DNA from: Bdellovibrionales bacterium
GTDB taxonomy: Bacteria; Bdellovibrionota; Bdellovibrionia; Bdellovibrionales; UBA1609
NCBI GenBank assembly: GCA_965219095.1
Contig: CBDCMT010000001.1
Coordinates: forward strand, 736,001 to 800,000
Length of the DNA stretch: 64,000 nt
Direction of reading: 5' to 3'
This document shows positions 19,065 to 28,418 of this stretch, one piece after another. Below the pieces are notes generated by a model. The model was not told where the DNA came from. It did not search any database and saw nothing but the letters and a program-made list of their open reading frames with translations. Made by a program: the position numbers and the translations under genes. Every line of letters begins with the position of its first letter. Position 1 is the stretch's first letter.

Positions 19065-19115
19065 CTTAGTCGTCCGTGAAAAAACCCGAAGCCTTTAAAT
19101 GTAATAGACGTTATA

Positions 19116-19646
19116 TAGTGCTTCCGTTTAAGTTTTCCGTTTTTTTTGAGTTGAGGTCTAGTTTTTATTCTAAGGCCTTGATAAAAAGTCATTTTATTTT
19201 TAAAAATAGTTTCATATGTCAGGGTTTCTATCAAAAAAAGAGCGAAAAGATTTACTCTATGAACTATCTCTAGAGAAAAATCTTAAATACGCAAAAAGGA
19301 TTATGACAATTCTCCATTTAGATAAAGGTGAGTTGTGTAAAGATATTTCCCGTTTTCTTTTCATTGATGAGGGCACGATAAGAGCCTGTAGAGATCGTTA
19401 TAACAAAGGTGGGATAGAGTGCTTAATCAACGACAATTACAACCCTAAAAGGTCCTTTTTAACTAAGAAAGAGGAGAAAATGCTTTTAAAGGAATTAGAG
19501 AAAAGAATTTTTCCATCATCACAGTCTGTCATCCAATTCATTGAGGAGAATTTTGGTGTTACGTACTTTAACAAGTGGTGTAATTGATCTTCTCCATCGC
19601 CTTGGTTTTTCTTATAGAAAAGCCACAGCGATACCAGGTAAGGTAA
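19116..19646 (+). mobile_element. IS630 family (type A), 5' fragment, frameshifted and cut by IS3
   Basis: End TAGTGCTTCCGTTTAAG after TA; HTH ORF 19216-19587 continues off-frame as SGVIDLLHRLGFSYRK. Confidence 0.8.
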
Positions 19647-22605
19647 TGATCTTCCCCCAAAAAAGTGGACAGTTTTTATGTTCTTAAAGCCCTCCTTTGT
19701 TTAAATTCTTTTGGGCTCATGTATTTCAAGGAAGAATGCATTCTTACCTTGTTATACCAATCCATGTAAATTGCAATTTTTTTTTCCAACTCTTCCTTTG
19801 TTGTACAGTCTTTGTATTCCAGTTCATCCTTCAACGTATGGAAAAAGCTCTCCACAAACGCATTATCATAACAATTTCCTTTCCTAGACATAGATTGCTT
19901 GAGGCCAAAGAATTTCAATTCTTTTCTAAACCCTTCACAACAATATTGAACCCCTTGATCCGAGTGGATTATCAAGCCCTCTAAGTTCCCAGAAACAGAT
20001 TGGACTGCGGCTCTCAGAGCCTGTTTTGAATGAACCCCGTCCAAGCTCTCACAGAGCTTCCAAGACTTAATCTCTCGATTATAGACATCTAAAAATACAA
20101 CCAAATACAGAAATTTATCTCTAAAAGGAATATAGGTTAAATCCGAACACCATACCTGGTTTTCTTTTCCTGCTTGGCTCTGTCCTGTCTTAAACAACCG
20201 AGGAGACTTAATCATGAGAGGGTTATTCTTTGTTGTTCTAGGAACATAGGGTTTTTTCTGACGGGCACTGAGATTCTTTAGTTTCATAATTCGAGCTACT
20301 TTGTTTTCTCCAGCACTCACTCCGCAACGCTTTAATTCCCTATACACCCTGGGGGAACCATAACAGCCTTTATTTTTTTTAAAAATAGATTCTATGTTTT
20401 TCTCCAGATTTTTATCCTTTTCAAGCTTTCCCCTGGTTTTTAAAAAACTATAAAAACCAGAACGAGATCCTCTTAATAATTCGCAAATGCGAAGCACTGG
20501 ATGCCCTTTCTCTTTTACATAAAACATAGCCTTAAATCCTAAAATCCCGTTGAGTTATAACTAGGTTTGAGCTTTTTCAACAATTTAAACGCCGAAAAAA
20601 TTTCTTTTTGACGTTTTGATACTTCGGCTAAAATGATCTTATCATTTGCAAGATGGTAAACTTTAAGTTGATCAAGTGTTCTAAATAACTCCTTTTTAGT
20701 AACTTTTTTGTACAACTTTTCCTGATTCATAATCTTATCAATATGAGAAATTAAAATCAAAGCTAAAAAGTTTATAAAAACACTTCCCTTCATTGAAGTG
20801 GATGATTTTACCCTACTCCTTTTTTCAAGAATATCGTGCTTAAAAGATCTAAATAATCTTTCTATCCCATCTCTACTACGATAAAGCGATAACACATCCT
20901 TCCGATCTAAACCCCTTTCATTTGTAATAAAAATAAACTTTCCCATTTGCATAACTGCCTCTTTGAGGAAAACTTCATCTCTTTCTATAGTAACCCTTTT
21001 GTTTCTCTTCTTTACTTTAAAGAATCTTCTCTTTGACTTCATTGTTTCTTTAATATATTCTTCGGCACTTATTTCATCTTTAAAACCCTTCTCTGAAAAA
21101 ATTGATTCCAAATATGACATTTTTCTTATCAACAAACTCTCCTCCCTTGCTCTTCTTTCTTTATCTAAAAAAATATGTGCTACACACATAACTCCATTTA
21201 TTTCTACCTTAGTCCTTACATGAGAGTAAACATTTTCATTGTATAAAAAAGAGCAAATAGGTTTGCTGATTTCTTCATCAAAATCATAAACTAATTGTTT
21301 TGCTTTTCGTGTTGTAAAGACCAGTGGTAGGAGGAATTTTAGCTCTTTGTTATTCATTTCTCGTATATTTTCCTTACTATAAAAACCTCTATCCATAACA
21401 AAATAATTAACATTAAGTTTATAGTACTTAATCAGTTTAATTATGTTTTTTAAAGTTACTACATCCGATATACTTCCAGGATATATTCTATAAGCTAAAG
21501 GTAGTTGAATAGAGTTTTTCCCACGTCTACTGATAATCCCTAAATTTGTTTGACCGAGATTCTCCTTGTCACGGTTATAGCCACGTTCAACTAGTTCGTT
21601 ATTTTTAGAATAAGAAGAAATGGATGAAATATCAAACATAACTGAATATTTATTGTCCTGCTCATTAATCCAATTGCTAAAAAACACTTCAATTTGCTTT
21701 TCATTTTTTCCAATATCCAAGAGCATCTCACTTATTCTCTGGGAATCAAGCCCAATATTGGAAAAAGTATAGGTTTCCTCTTCCCATAGCGTGTATAAAT
21801 AGTAAGGATCAGCTTGGATCACTTTGTAAAATACAACAGAAAGGTATTTTTTGTAATCGTATGGAAAAACTTTTTTTAGAACTTTTGTTAAATTAATTTG
21901 ATCAGATAGATTTTTAAGTAGAAAAAAACTGCCAAATTTATAGGAACCTTTAGGAACAATAGAGTTTTTAGAAGTTAAAACAATTTTGCCTGTTTTTTCA
22001 TCCTTGCGTCCAAGATAAGTTCTTTTTTGTCTTGCTTGTTGCTTGGATTTATCCCAAAAGCTCTTGACTTCATAAACGTAAATTTTTCCTTTAATTTTTT
22101 GCTCGACTCTGTAACTCATAGTTATAATTATAACCATGGAAAAAGAGATTGCAAGAAAAAAATTTAAAAAAATCACCGTATTTTTAAGCACTTATAAGAT
22201 TTTGTCAAAATCCTAGTTATAACTTAACGGGATTTTAGGTTAAATCTCATTTCAGGATTTCCTTTGAAAAAAAAGCCGCTGCTTCTTTCAATATACCTAC
22301 ACTCCGCCTCTCATAGACCAGCTCCTTTTTTAACCTCTTTATTTCCTCCAATGCCGAAGCCAAGTCATGGGAAGCTTGTCTTTCTACTTCAGGCTTTAGA
22401 AAACGCTTCCAAGAGCTTATCACTTGGAAATTTCTCAGTCCTAGCTTCTCTGAGGCTTCCTTTGCACCTATTTCCTCTGCCAATTCAATGGCTTGCTTTT
22501 TAAACTCTTCCGAGTACTGTTTTACTTTTTCCATTCTTTCTTTTACCTCCATTTTATGGAGACTTTAAGAGAAAATTGACTGTCCGCAGAAACAGGGGAA
22601 GTTCA
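19647..22605 (-). mobile_element. IS3 family element interrupted by IS1634 (orfA 22247-22552, orfB 19676-20527)
   Basis: Ends TGATCTTCCCC / GGGGAAGTTCA; WCSDLTY, HSDQGVQY, DNAFVESFF motifs. Confidence 0.93.
20538..22239 (-). mobile_element. IS1634 family element, intact (transposase about 20539-22119)
   Basis: IRs CCTAAAATCCCGTT(G/A)AGTTATAACTAGG; 6-bp TSD TTAAAT; FDISS, MDRGF, YRSRDGIERLF. Confidence 0.92.
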
Positions 22606-22939
22606 TGCTGGAAAACTGGTTTTATTGTTACGCTCTGGTCTTTTGAAACCAGTCTTTCACTCAGGTGATGAATTCATTTACCTTCGTAAGATTGTCAGTG
22701 GATATGAAGATGTGGTTAAAGCAGGAGTTCGTGTTAAAAACCAAAGATCAGCTCTATTTCGAGCTTCCCACCTTGATGCTAAGAAGCAGACACAATTAAA
22801 ACTAGCGGAAGATAAATTTGTTCTAGAAGGCTTAGATAAAGCTATCAGCGCTTATGGGGAGGAGAAAGCACGTTATGAGGCAGAGTTTAAGAGGCTAAGT
22901 AAAAAACACAAAGATATTAGAAATCTTGATAGCCTTGAT
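22606..22939 (+). pseudogene. IS110 family transposase internal fragment
   Basis: Near-identical to the reverse complement of 24815-25140. Confidence 0.8.
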
Positions 22940-24790
22940 CCTGAGTTCGCCCTTTAACAAACGATAAAATTCATAAGTATTTGAATATATTAGATTTTTC
23001 TGGATTGCCTCCAGATTTTAGACATACTAGGTTTTAGATGGGTTATTTTAAGTTTAGGAAGAGTTTTCTATGCGAAAAGGTTTTTTTATGTAATCTTTTT
23101 TAAATACAGCATAAATCTGTTTGGCTTCTTTGGATAAAGCTCTGGGGACAAAATAGGAGACAGAAGGTTTTTTCATTTTGTCTCCAATCACAAAAGATTC
23201 AACCTCTTTTAAAGTATCAATAAGCTCATTAAGGCTGTAATGAAGAGTAGCTTTTTTTAAAGAGAGTTCTACATACTTCAAGACAGTGTAAGCCAAAAAA
23301 CAAATAAAAAGATGAGATTTAATTCTTTCAGAGAGTCTGTGATAGATAGGACGCATCTTCAAGGTATGCTTGTTAATACGAAACAGTTCTTCAATTTTCC
23401 AAAGTGACCGGTATAATTCTAAAGGTTTCCTATTTGTTTCACATTCTATGTTAGAGCAAACTCCATAGAGGCCATCCCAAAGGCTGTCCTGAAAGATTTT
23501 ATCTGCATCTATCTGAACACTTCCTTTTAGAGTTTTAAGGTATTTTCGAACCCCACGATTACTTACTAACTTAGTGGCTGAAATTTTACCGTCTTTACAA
23601 ATTTTTTTGAGTTTTTCTAACAATCTTTGTCGTTTTTTTTCATCCTGTAATCTCCGCTTTTCACTGTAAGAAACAAATACCTTGCGATTCTTGTAGGAAA
23701 ACTCATAAACTTCAGAATTTTGGCTCTCTTTTTTAAGTTCTTTAAATTCAAAAATTTTTTCTTTTTTCTCTTTAGGTAGTTTCTTTAAAGGGCAGGATAC
23801 CACATACTCAGCCTCAATTCCTTTCTTATTTAAACTTTCAAAAAACTTAAAATTGCTATCTGAAAACATAGCTCTATCAGCCACCACACGAATTCGTTTT
23901 ACCTTATACTTCTTTACAGCTTGGTTTAAAACAAATTGCAAAGTCTTGGTCTCTGATGTGCAACCAGGAAACACCTCGTAAGCTAAAGGCAAACCCTCTG
24001 TATTGGCTAGCACAGCCAAAACCACTTGAGTTTCATTAAACTTTCCGTCCTTGCTATAACCAAAGTCCCTTAATTCTCCCTGCATGGTAGATTCAAAATA
24101 TAGGGTTGTTACATCAAACAGTAAAACATTAAAGTCCGAACCTTTGGATGCTAGAGATTCGAAAACCTTTTGCCTCAAAACATCCTCCTCTTTAAAAACT
24201 CTATCCATCATAGTCAAGACCTGTTTATGAGATATTTGTTTACTAAAGAACTTCTCTATTAGAGAACAGCTTCTTAGCTTGCTTGAAGGAGAGAAAACTC
24301 TCATAAAAACCACCTCACGGAGTACTTGGTTTATAGCCTCTTTTTTTCTTCCAGTTTCTATTAAATCTTTAAAACCTAAATCCTCCCATGCTGTTCCGAA
24401 AATGTCCTCAAAACCATGGTTATGTCTTCTCTCACCTTGGAAACGTAGGAGATCAATAGGAATCTTTTCTGAAAGGCTTGAAAGTGAAAGAAGACCCTTT
24501 TTATGTTGTTCAAGAAGCTTTTTAGCTTCTTGTTTGTATTTCTCTACGATCTTGGAATCTTTAGATTGTCCTATGGTTTTGATAATGCGATTCTTTACTT
24601 TGCCTTCTTTCCAAAAAGATTCCACAAGACGAACCACTGTGCTACCGTTTTTGCGTTTAGGACTTGTTATGTACATAATCCCCCCCCTATAAATATGAAC
24701 ATACTAAAGACATACTATGTTGTCAAGCAAAAAAATACCAATGAAATCAAATAGTTATAAATTTAATCCTTTCTTGAGGGCGAACTCAGG
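22940..24790 (-). mobile_element. Second IS1634 family element (transposase 23054-24676)
   Basis: IRs CCTGAGTTCGCCCT / AGGGCGAACTCAGG; FDVTTLYF, GYSKDG, VADRAM, YRSLWKIEELFR. Confidence 0.92.
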
Positions 24791-25427
24791 TGATAGAACC
24801 AATTCCTGGAATGCTATTAAGATTTCTAATATCTTTGTGTTTTTTACTTAGCCTCTTAAACTCTGCTTCATAACGTGCTTTCTCCTCCCCATAAGCGCTG
24901 ATAGCTTTATCTAAGCCTTCTAGAACAAATATATCTCTTCCGCTAGTTTTAATTGTGTCTGCTTCTTAGCATCAAGGTGGGAAGCTCGAAATAGAGCTGA
25001 TCTTTGGTTTTTAACACGAACTCCTCTTTTAACTACATCTTCATATCCACTGACAATCTTACGAAGGTAAATGAATTCATCACCTGAGTGAAAGACTGGT
25101 TTCAAAAGGCCAGAGCGTAACAATAAAACAAGTTTTTCAGCATCAATTTTATCAGTTTTAGCCCCTTCACTTAAAAGTCTGTTCCGAAGAGGATCACAGA
25201 CTATGAGCTCATCAACACTATCCTTTAATTCTGAATACAACCACTGTCGAAGTTGTAGTCTCTTCGATAGTCAATATCTTCTTACCTTTCAGGGTTTTTA
25301 AATAGGCACGAAGATTCCCAAGATCTGAAATCGTGTCCATAGTCTTAATATCTTTTGATTTGCCTGTCATCCTTGAAATGGCCATGTTACTTTGTGCCCA
25401 ATCTACGGCTATATAGTGATCATACAT
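24791..25427 (-). pseudogene. IS110 family transposase, frameshifted twice and 3'-truncated
   Basis: YIAVDW, IEET, KTDKIDA (DEDD RuvC-like); last codons NSIPGIGSI (HhH) at the IS1634 junction. Confidence 0.82.
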
Positions 25428-25498
25428 TTTATTTTCCTCCTTTGTTGGTTTGTTTATAAATAAAGTCTTGAAATCCTATTTTACATCTTTTTTTTGCT

Positions 25499-25676
25499 TT
25501 TTCCTTTTTTTCGAGTAAGCCTTCACAAAAATACAGGCTTAATCGAAAAAAAAGGGAAAACACACCCTTTGAGGCCTTAAAAACCAGGCCAGCTAAAGGG
25601 TTTAGAATTTGTCTCGAAAAGCTCACCTCCTTCTGCAAGTACTTTAGGGTCACTATCATGGCTTAAACCAGTGACC
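25499..25676 (-). ncRNA. Candidate IS110 non-coding-end RNA (bridge/seek RNA-like)
   Basis: Three hairpins (25499-25560, 25564-25601, 25648-25676) directly upstream of the IS110 start. Confidence 0.35.
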
Positions 25677-25691
25677 TGTCTTTTTGATTTA

Positions 25692-25765
25692 CCGTTATAT
25701 GATCTGACAGTTACCCTTTCTGGGTTGATAAAAAACTGTCTGTCAGTTTGCGTTCTGTTCAATCA
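25692..25765 (-). mobile_element. IS481 right-end remnant
   Basis: CGTTATATGATCTGACAGTTACCCTTTCTGGG... matches 59674 onward. Confidence 0.8.
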
Positions 25766-25789
25766 TAAATGTGCCTAATTTCGTTTCGA

Positions 25790-26263
25790 CTATTTGGGGT
25801 TATTAGTAAGATCCCAGTAAAGAGAGTACTTTTGACCTTGAGGATTGATCTTAATTTTGTCAAGATCGACGTTGACTAGAGCTTCTTCTTTCACTTCAAT
25901 AAATTGCGTTGTTCTACTATATATTAATTCATAAATCCCTTTTTTAAGAGGCACCTCTTCGTTTAATTTTTTTGTTGTTAAGCGATAGCAACTATATTTT
26001 TTGAGAACCTCGAGAGTTCTTCCTTCGCAGGCGTAAATAGAGTATTCAGAATCTTGTCCTTCTCCTGGAACGCCATTAACCCTAAAAATCCCTCCTGTAT
26101 TTTTAGGAGGAGTTACTGCTAAGGGTGAAGCCTCCAGAGAGTGATGTGATTTTTCTAGTGAAGCTTGTAAAGTTAAGCTCGAAACTCCTTCTTCTACGAC
26201 GTCTCCATAAGAAAGTCCTCCTAAAGACATCAAAAATAAAAATGTTAGTATTAATTTTTTCAT
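25790..26263 (-). CDS. Secreted hypothetical protein, probably 3'-truncated
   Basis: RBS AGGAGG and signal peptide; the stop codon lies in an IS5-like end (TAGTCGAAACG). Confidence 0.6.
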   Translation of the reverse strand: MKKLILTFLFLMSLGGLSYGDVVEEGVSSLTLQASLEKSHHSLEASPLAVTPPKNTGGIFRVNGVPGEGQDSEYSIYACEGRTLEVLKKYSCYRLTTKKLNEEVPLKKGIYELIYSRTTQFIEVKEEALVNVDLDKIKINPQGQKYSLYWDLTNNPK

Positions 26264-26407
26264 AACGTAAAATCCCTCCTTTTCTAAGTTATTTTGTTTC
26301 TTAAGTCCTGTTTTCTAATCTACATAATAAAGGAAAAGACCCTTATCCTTATGTTAAAAGCATAACCCTATATGAAAAAAAAGAAGAAATAACTTTTTGC
26401 GTTATGA

Positions 26408-26466
26408 TACCAATTACAAAATTTCAATGATTTAAAAAAATGTCGAATTAATTTTTGGAAATGGTA
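26408..26466. mobile_element. 59-bp IS630 (type B) mini-element
   Basis: TACCAATTACA (end seen at 61870) joined to ATGTCGAATTAATTTTTGGAAATGGTA (end seen at 63274). Confidence 0.75.
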
Positions 26467-26521
26467 TAACACTTTTTATTTTGGTATTGCCTTGCAAGGC
26501 TTTCCGTTATTTTTTTAATAT

Positions 26522-26596
26522 TGGATGCGGCGGCAGGATTCGAACCTGCGAATGTCAGAATCAAAATCTGATAGCTTACCGCTTGCCGACGCCGCA
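26522..26596 (-). tRNA. tRNA-Gln(TTG)
   Basis: TGCGGCG acceptor stem, TCAGA-TTTTGAT-TCTGA anticodon arm, GGTTCGAATCC, CCA. Confidence 0.95.
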
Positions 26597-26665
26597 ACGA
26601 TTTTCTTTTACTATCTCTTATGTTCTTGATTTTTGAAATCAGAGTCAAGTCTTCTAGAAGTCTGA

Positions 26666-27079
26666 TTAAAAAACTGAACTTCCTCCTTCTCTTTTGTCTT
26701 GAATTTCATCTAACTTGATTTTGAAGTTCTCTTCTTCTGTCACTGGCAAACGAGGCTTGCGTCCTCTGCCTTCTCGATCTATCAATCCCTCGTAATCAAA
26801 GTCTACAAAAGACTGTAACCAGGATTTGACACTGTGACGATGATACAAAACCATACCTGCTGTCTCTTGAATCGATTTTCCTTTTTGCATATAGTGCAGA
26901 GCTTGGAGCTTTGTCTTGATGTTGGCACTTCTCTCCACTTTGTAAGTAGCTAGAAAATCATACCCTTGAATCTGTGTAACTAAATCTTTTTTTGACACTC
27001 TAAAAATTTAACAGAGTTTGATCAAAAAGCCAGGACGCTATGCATTAAAAAAATGTCGAATTAATTTTTGGAAATGGTA
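26666..27079 (-). mobile_element. IS630 (type B) 5' fragment
   Basis: Highly similar to 62875-63274; truncated after REGGS. Confidence 0.85.
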
Positions 27080-27310
27080 TAATTATGGTCGTCGTTCTAT
27101 TGCTGAAACGACTATGTATCGATTCAAACAACTTCTGGGATCAAAACTTAATTCAAGAAATTTTATGAATCAAGCTAATGAAGCCTTCATAAAATGCAAG
27201 ATTCTCAATCAAATGAAAACTCCTTCAGCTATCAGACTCCAAACTCAATAGAAATGATGTCACCTCAAGTGGAAACAACTTGATCTAAAACGCTTATGTA
27301 CAATAAAGCC
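27080..27310 (+). mobile_element. IS5 family (IS903 group) 3' fragment
   Basis: YGRRSIAETTMYRFKQLLG; terminal CAATAAAGCC resembles the IS903 IR. Confidence 0.8.
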
Positions 27311-27404
27311 GTTAGGAACCCTCAATAGGGAGTTTTTTCATAATTGGGTTTTAAAAAATTAAAGGAAAGTATGAAATAAATTATGCAATTGTAAAAATAA
27401 GGCC

Positions 27405-28403
27405 TTAAAAATTTTCATCAAAAACTACATCTCCTGATACACCGACTTGATAGGCGGAAACTCTTCTTTCAAAAAAGTTAGCTAACTCTTGAGTGTCTTG
27501 AAGTTCCATAAAAGGAAAAGGGTTCTTTTCTTTGTACCGGGGGCGGATTCCCAAAGCCTTAAGTCTTAGATCTGAAATGTATTTTAGATAGGTTTTCATA
27601 TCATTTAAACTAAGACCTGCTACACCATTTGATAAAACATCTATAGCAAAGATTGTTTCACATTCTATAGCTTCGTCCATCATAATACAAATAAGATCTT
27701 TCATTTGAGGATTCATAAGTTCCGGTTCTTCTCTGAGAGCCGTTCTGAGCACTTCGAAGGAAAAATTAATATGAACACTCTCATCTCTAAACACCCAGTT
27801 GGTTCCTGTAGCAAGTCCATTGAGAAGACCTTTCGATCGTAAAAAATAAACATAGGCAAAGGCAGCAAAAAAGAAAAGTCCTTCAATAGCACCTGCAAAA
27901 CATATTAAGTTCATAATGAACCTTCTTTTGTCATCTTGGGTTTTGAGTGCTTTCAAATTTTCAATAGAATCCATCCATTTGAAGCTAAACTCCGCTTTTT
28001 TGCGAATGGAGTTAATGTTATGTATAGCTGCAAAAGCTTTCTGTCTTTCTTTTTCATCAGGGACGTAGTTATCTAAAAGAGTAAGGTAGAACTGTACATG
28101 TAAAGCTTCTTCGTAGAGTTGTCTTGATAGATAAAGTCTAGCTTCTGGAGAGTTAATGTGTTGATAAAGGTTTAAGACAAGGTTGTTACCTACAATGGAA
28201 TCACCTGTAGCAAAAAAAGCAACTAAGCGGTGAATAAGAAATTTTTCATTATCATTAATTTTAGAATTAAGATCGATTAGATCAGAGTTAAAATCAACTT
28301 CATCAACAGTCCAAGTGTTTTTAATAGCATTTTTGTACATCTCATAAAACACAGGGTACTTCATAGGTCTTAGTGTTAAATTAAATCCTGGATCTAAAAT
28401 CAT
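27405..28403 (-). CDS. nrdB: Ribonucleotide reductase class I, beta subunit
   Basis: FFATGD, EEALHVQFY (radical Tyr retained), EGLFF, RDESVH, NFFERRV.AY. Confidence 0.96.
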   Translation of the reverse strand: MILDPGFNLTLRPMKYPVFYEMYKNAIKNTWTVDEVDFNSDLIDLNSKINDNEKFLIHRLVAFFATGDSIVGNNLVLNLYQHINSPEARLYLSRQLYEEALHVQFYLTLLDNYVPDEKERQKAFAAIHNINSIRKKAEFSFKWMDSIENLKALKTQDDKRRFIMNLICFAGAIEGLFFFAAFAYVYFLRSKGLLNGLATGTNWVFRDESVHINFSFEVLRTALREEPELMNPQMKDLICIMMDEAIECETIFAIDVLSNGVAGLSLNDMKTYLKYISDLRLKALGIRPRYKEKNPFPFMELQDTQELANFFERRVSAYQVGVSGDVVFDENF

Positions 28404-28418
28404 AATCGACTCCTTTCT

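Noticed and set aside
25429..25762. ORFs 25429-25659 and 25577-25762
   Set aside because: They run across IS110 non-coding DNA and an IS481 end; no motifs
27405..28403. Possible class Ic (Tyr-less) RNR beta subunit
   Set aside because: The radical tyrosine (EEALHVQFY) and first Asp ligand are present
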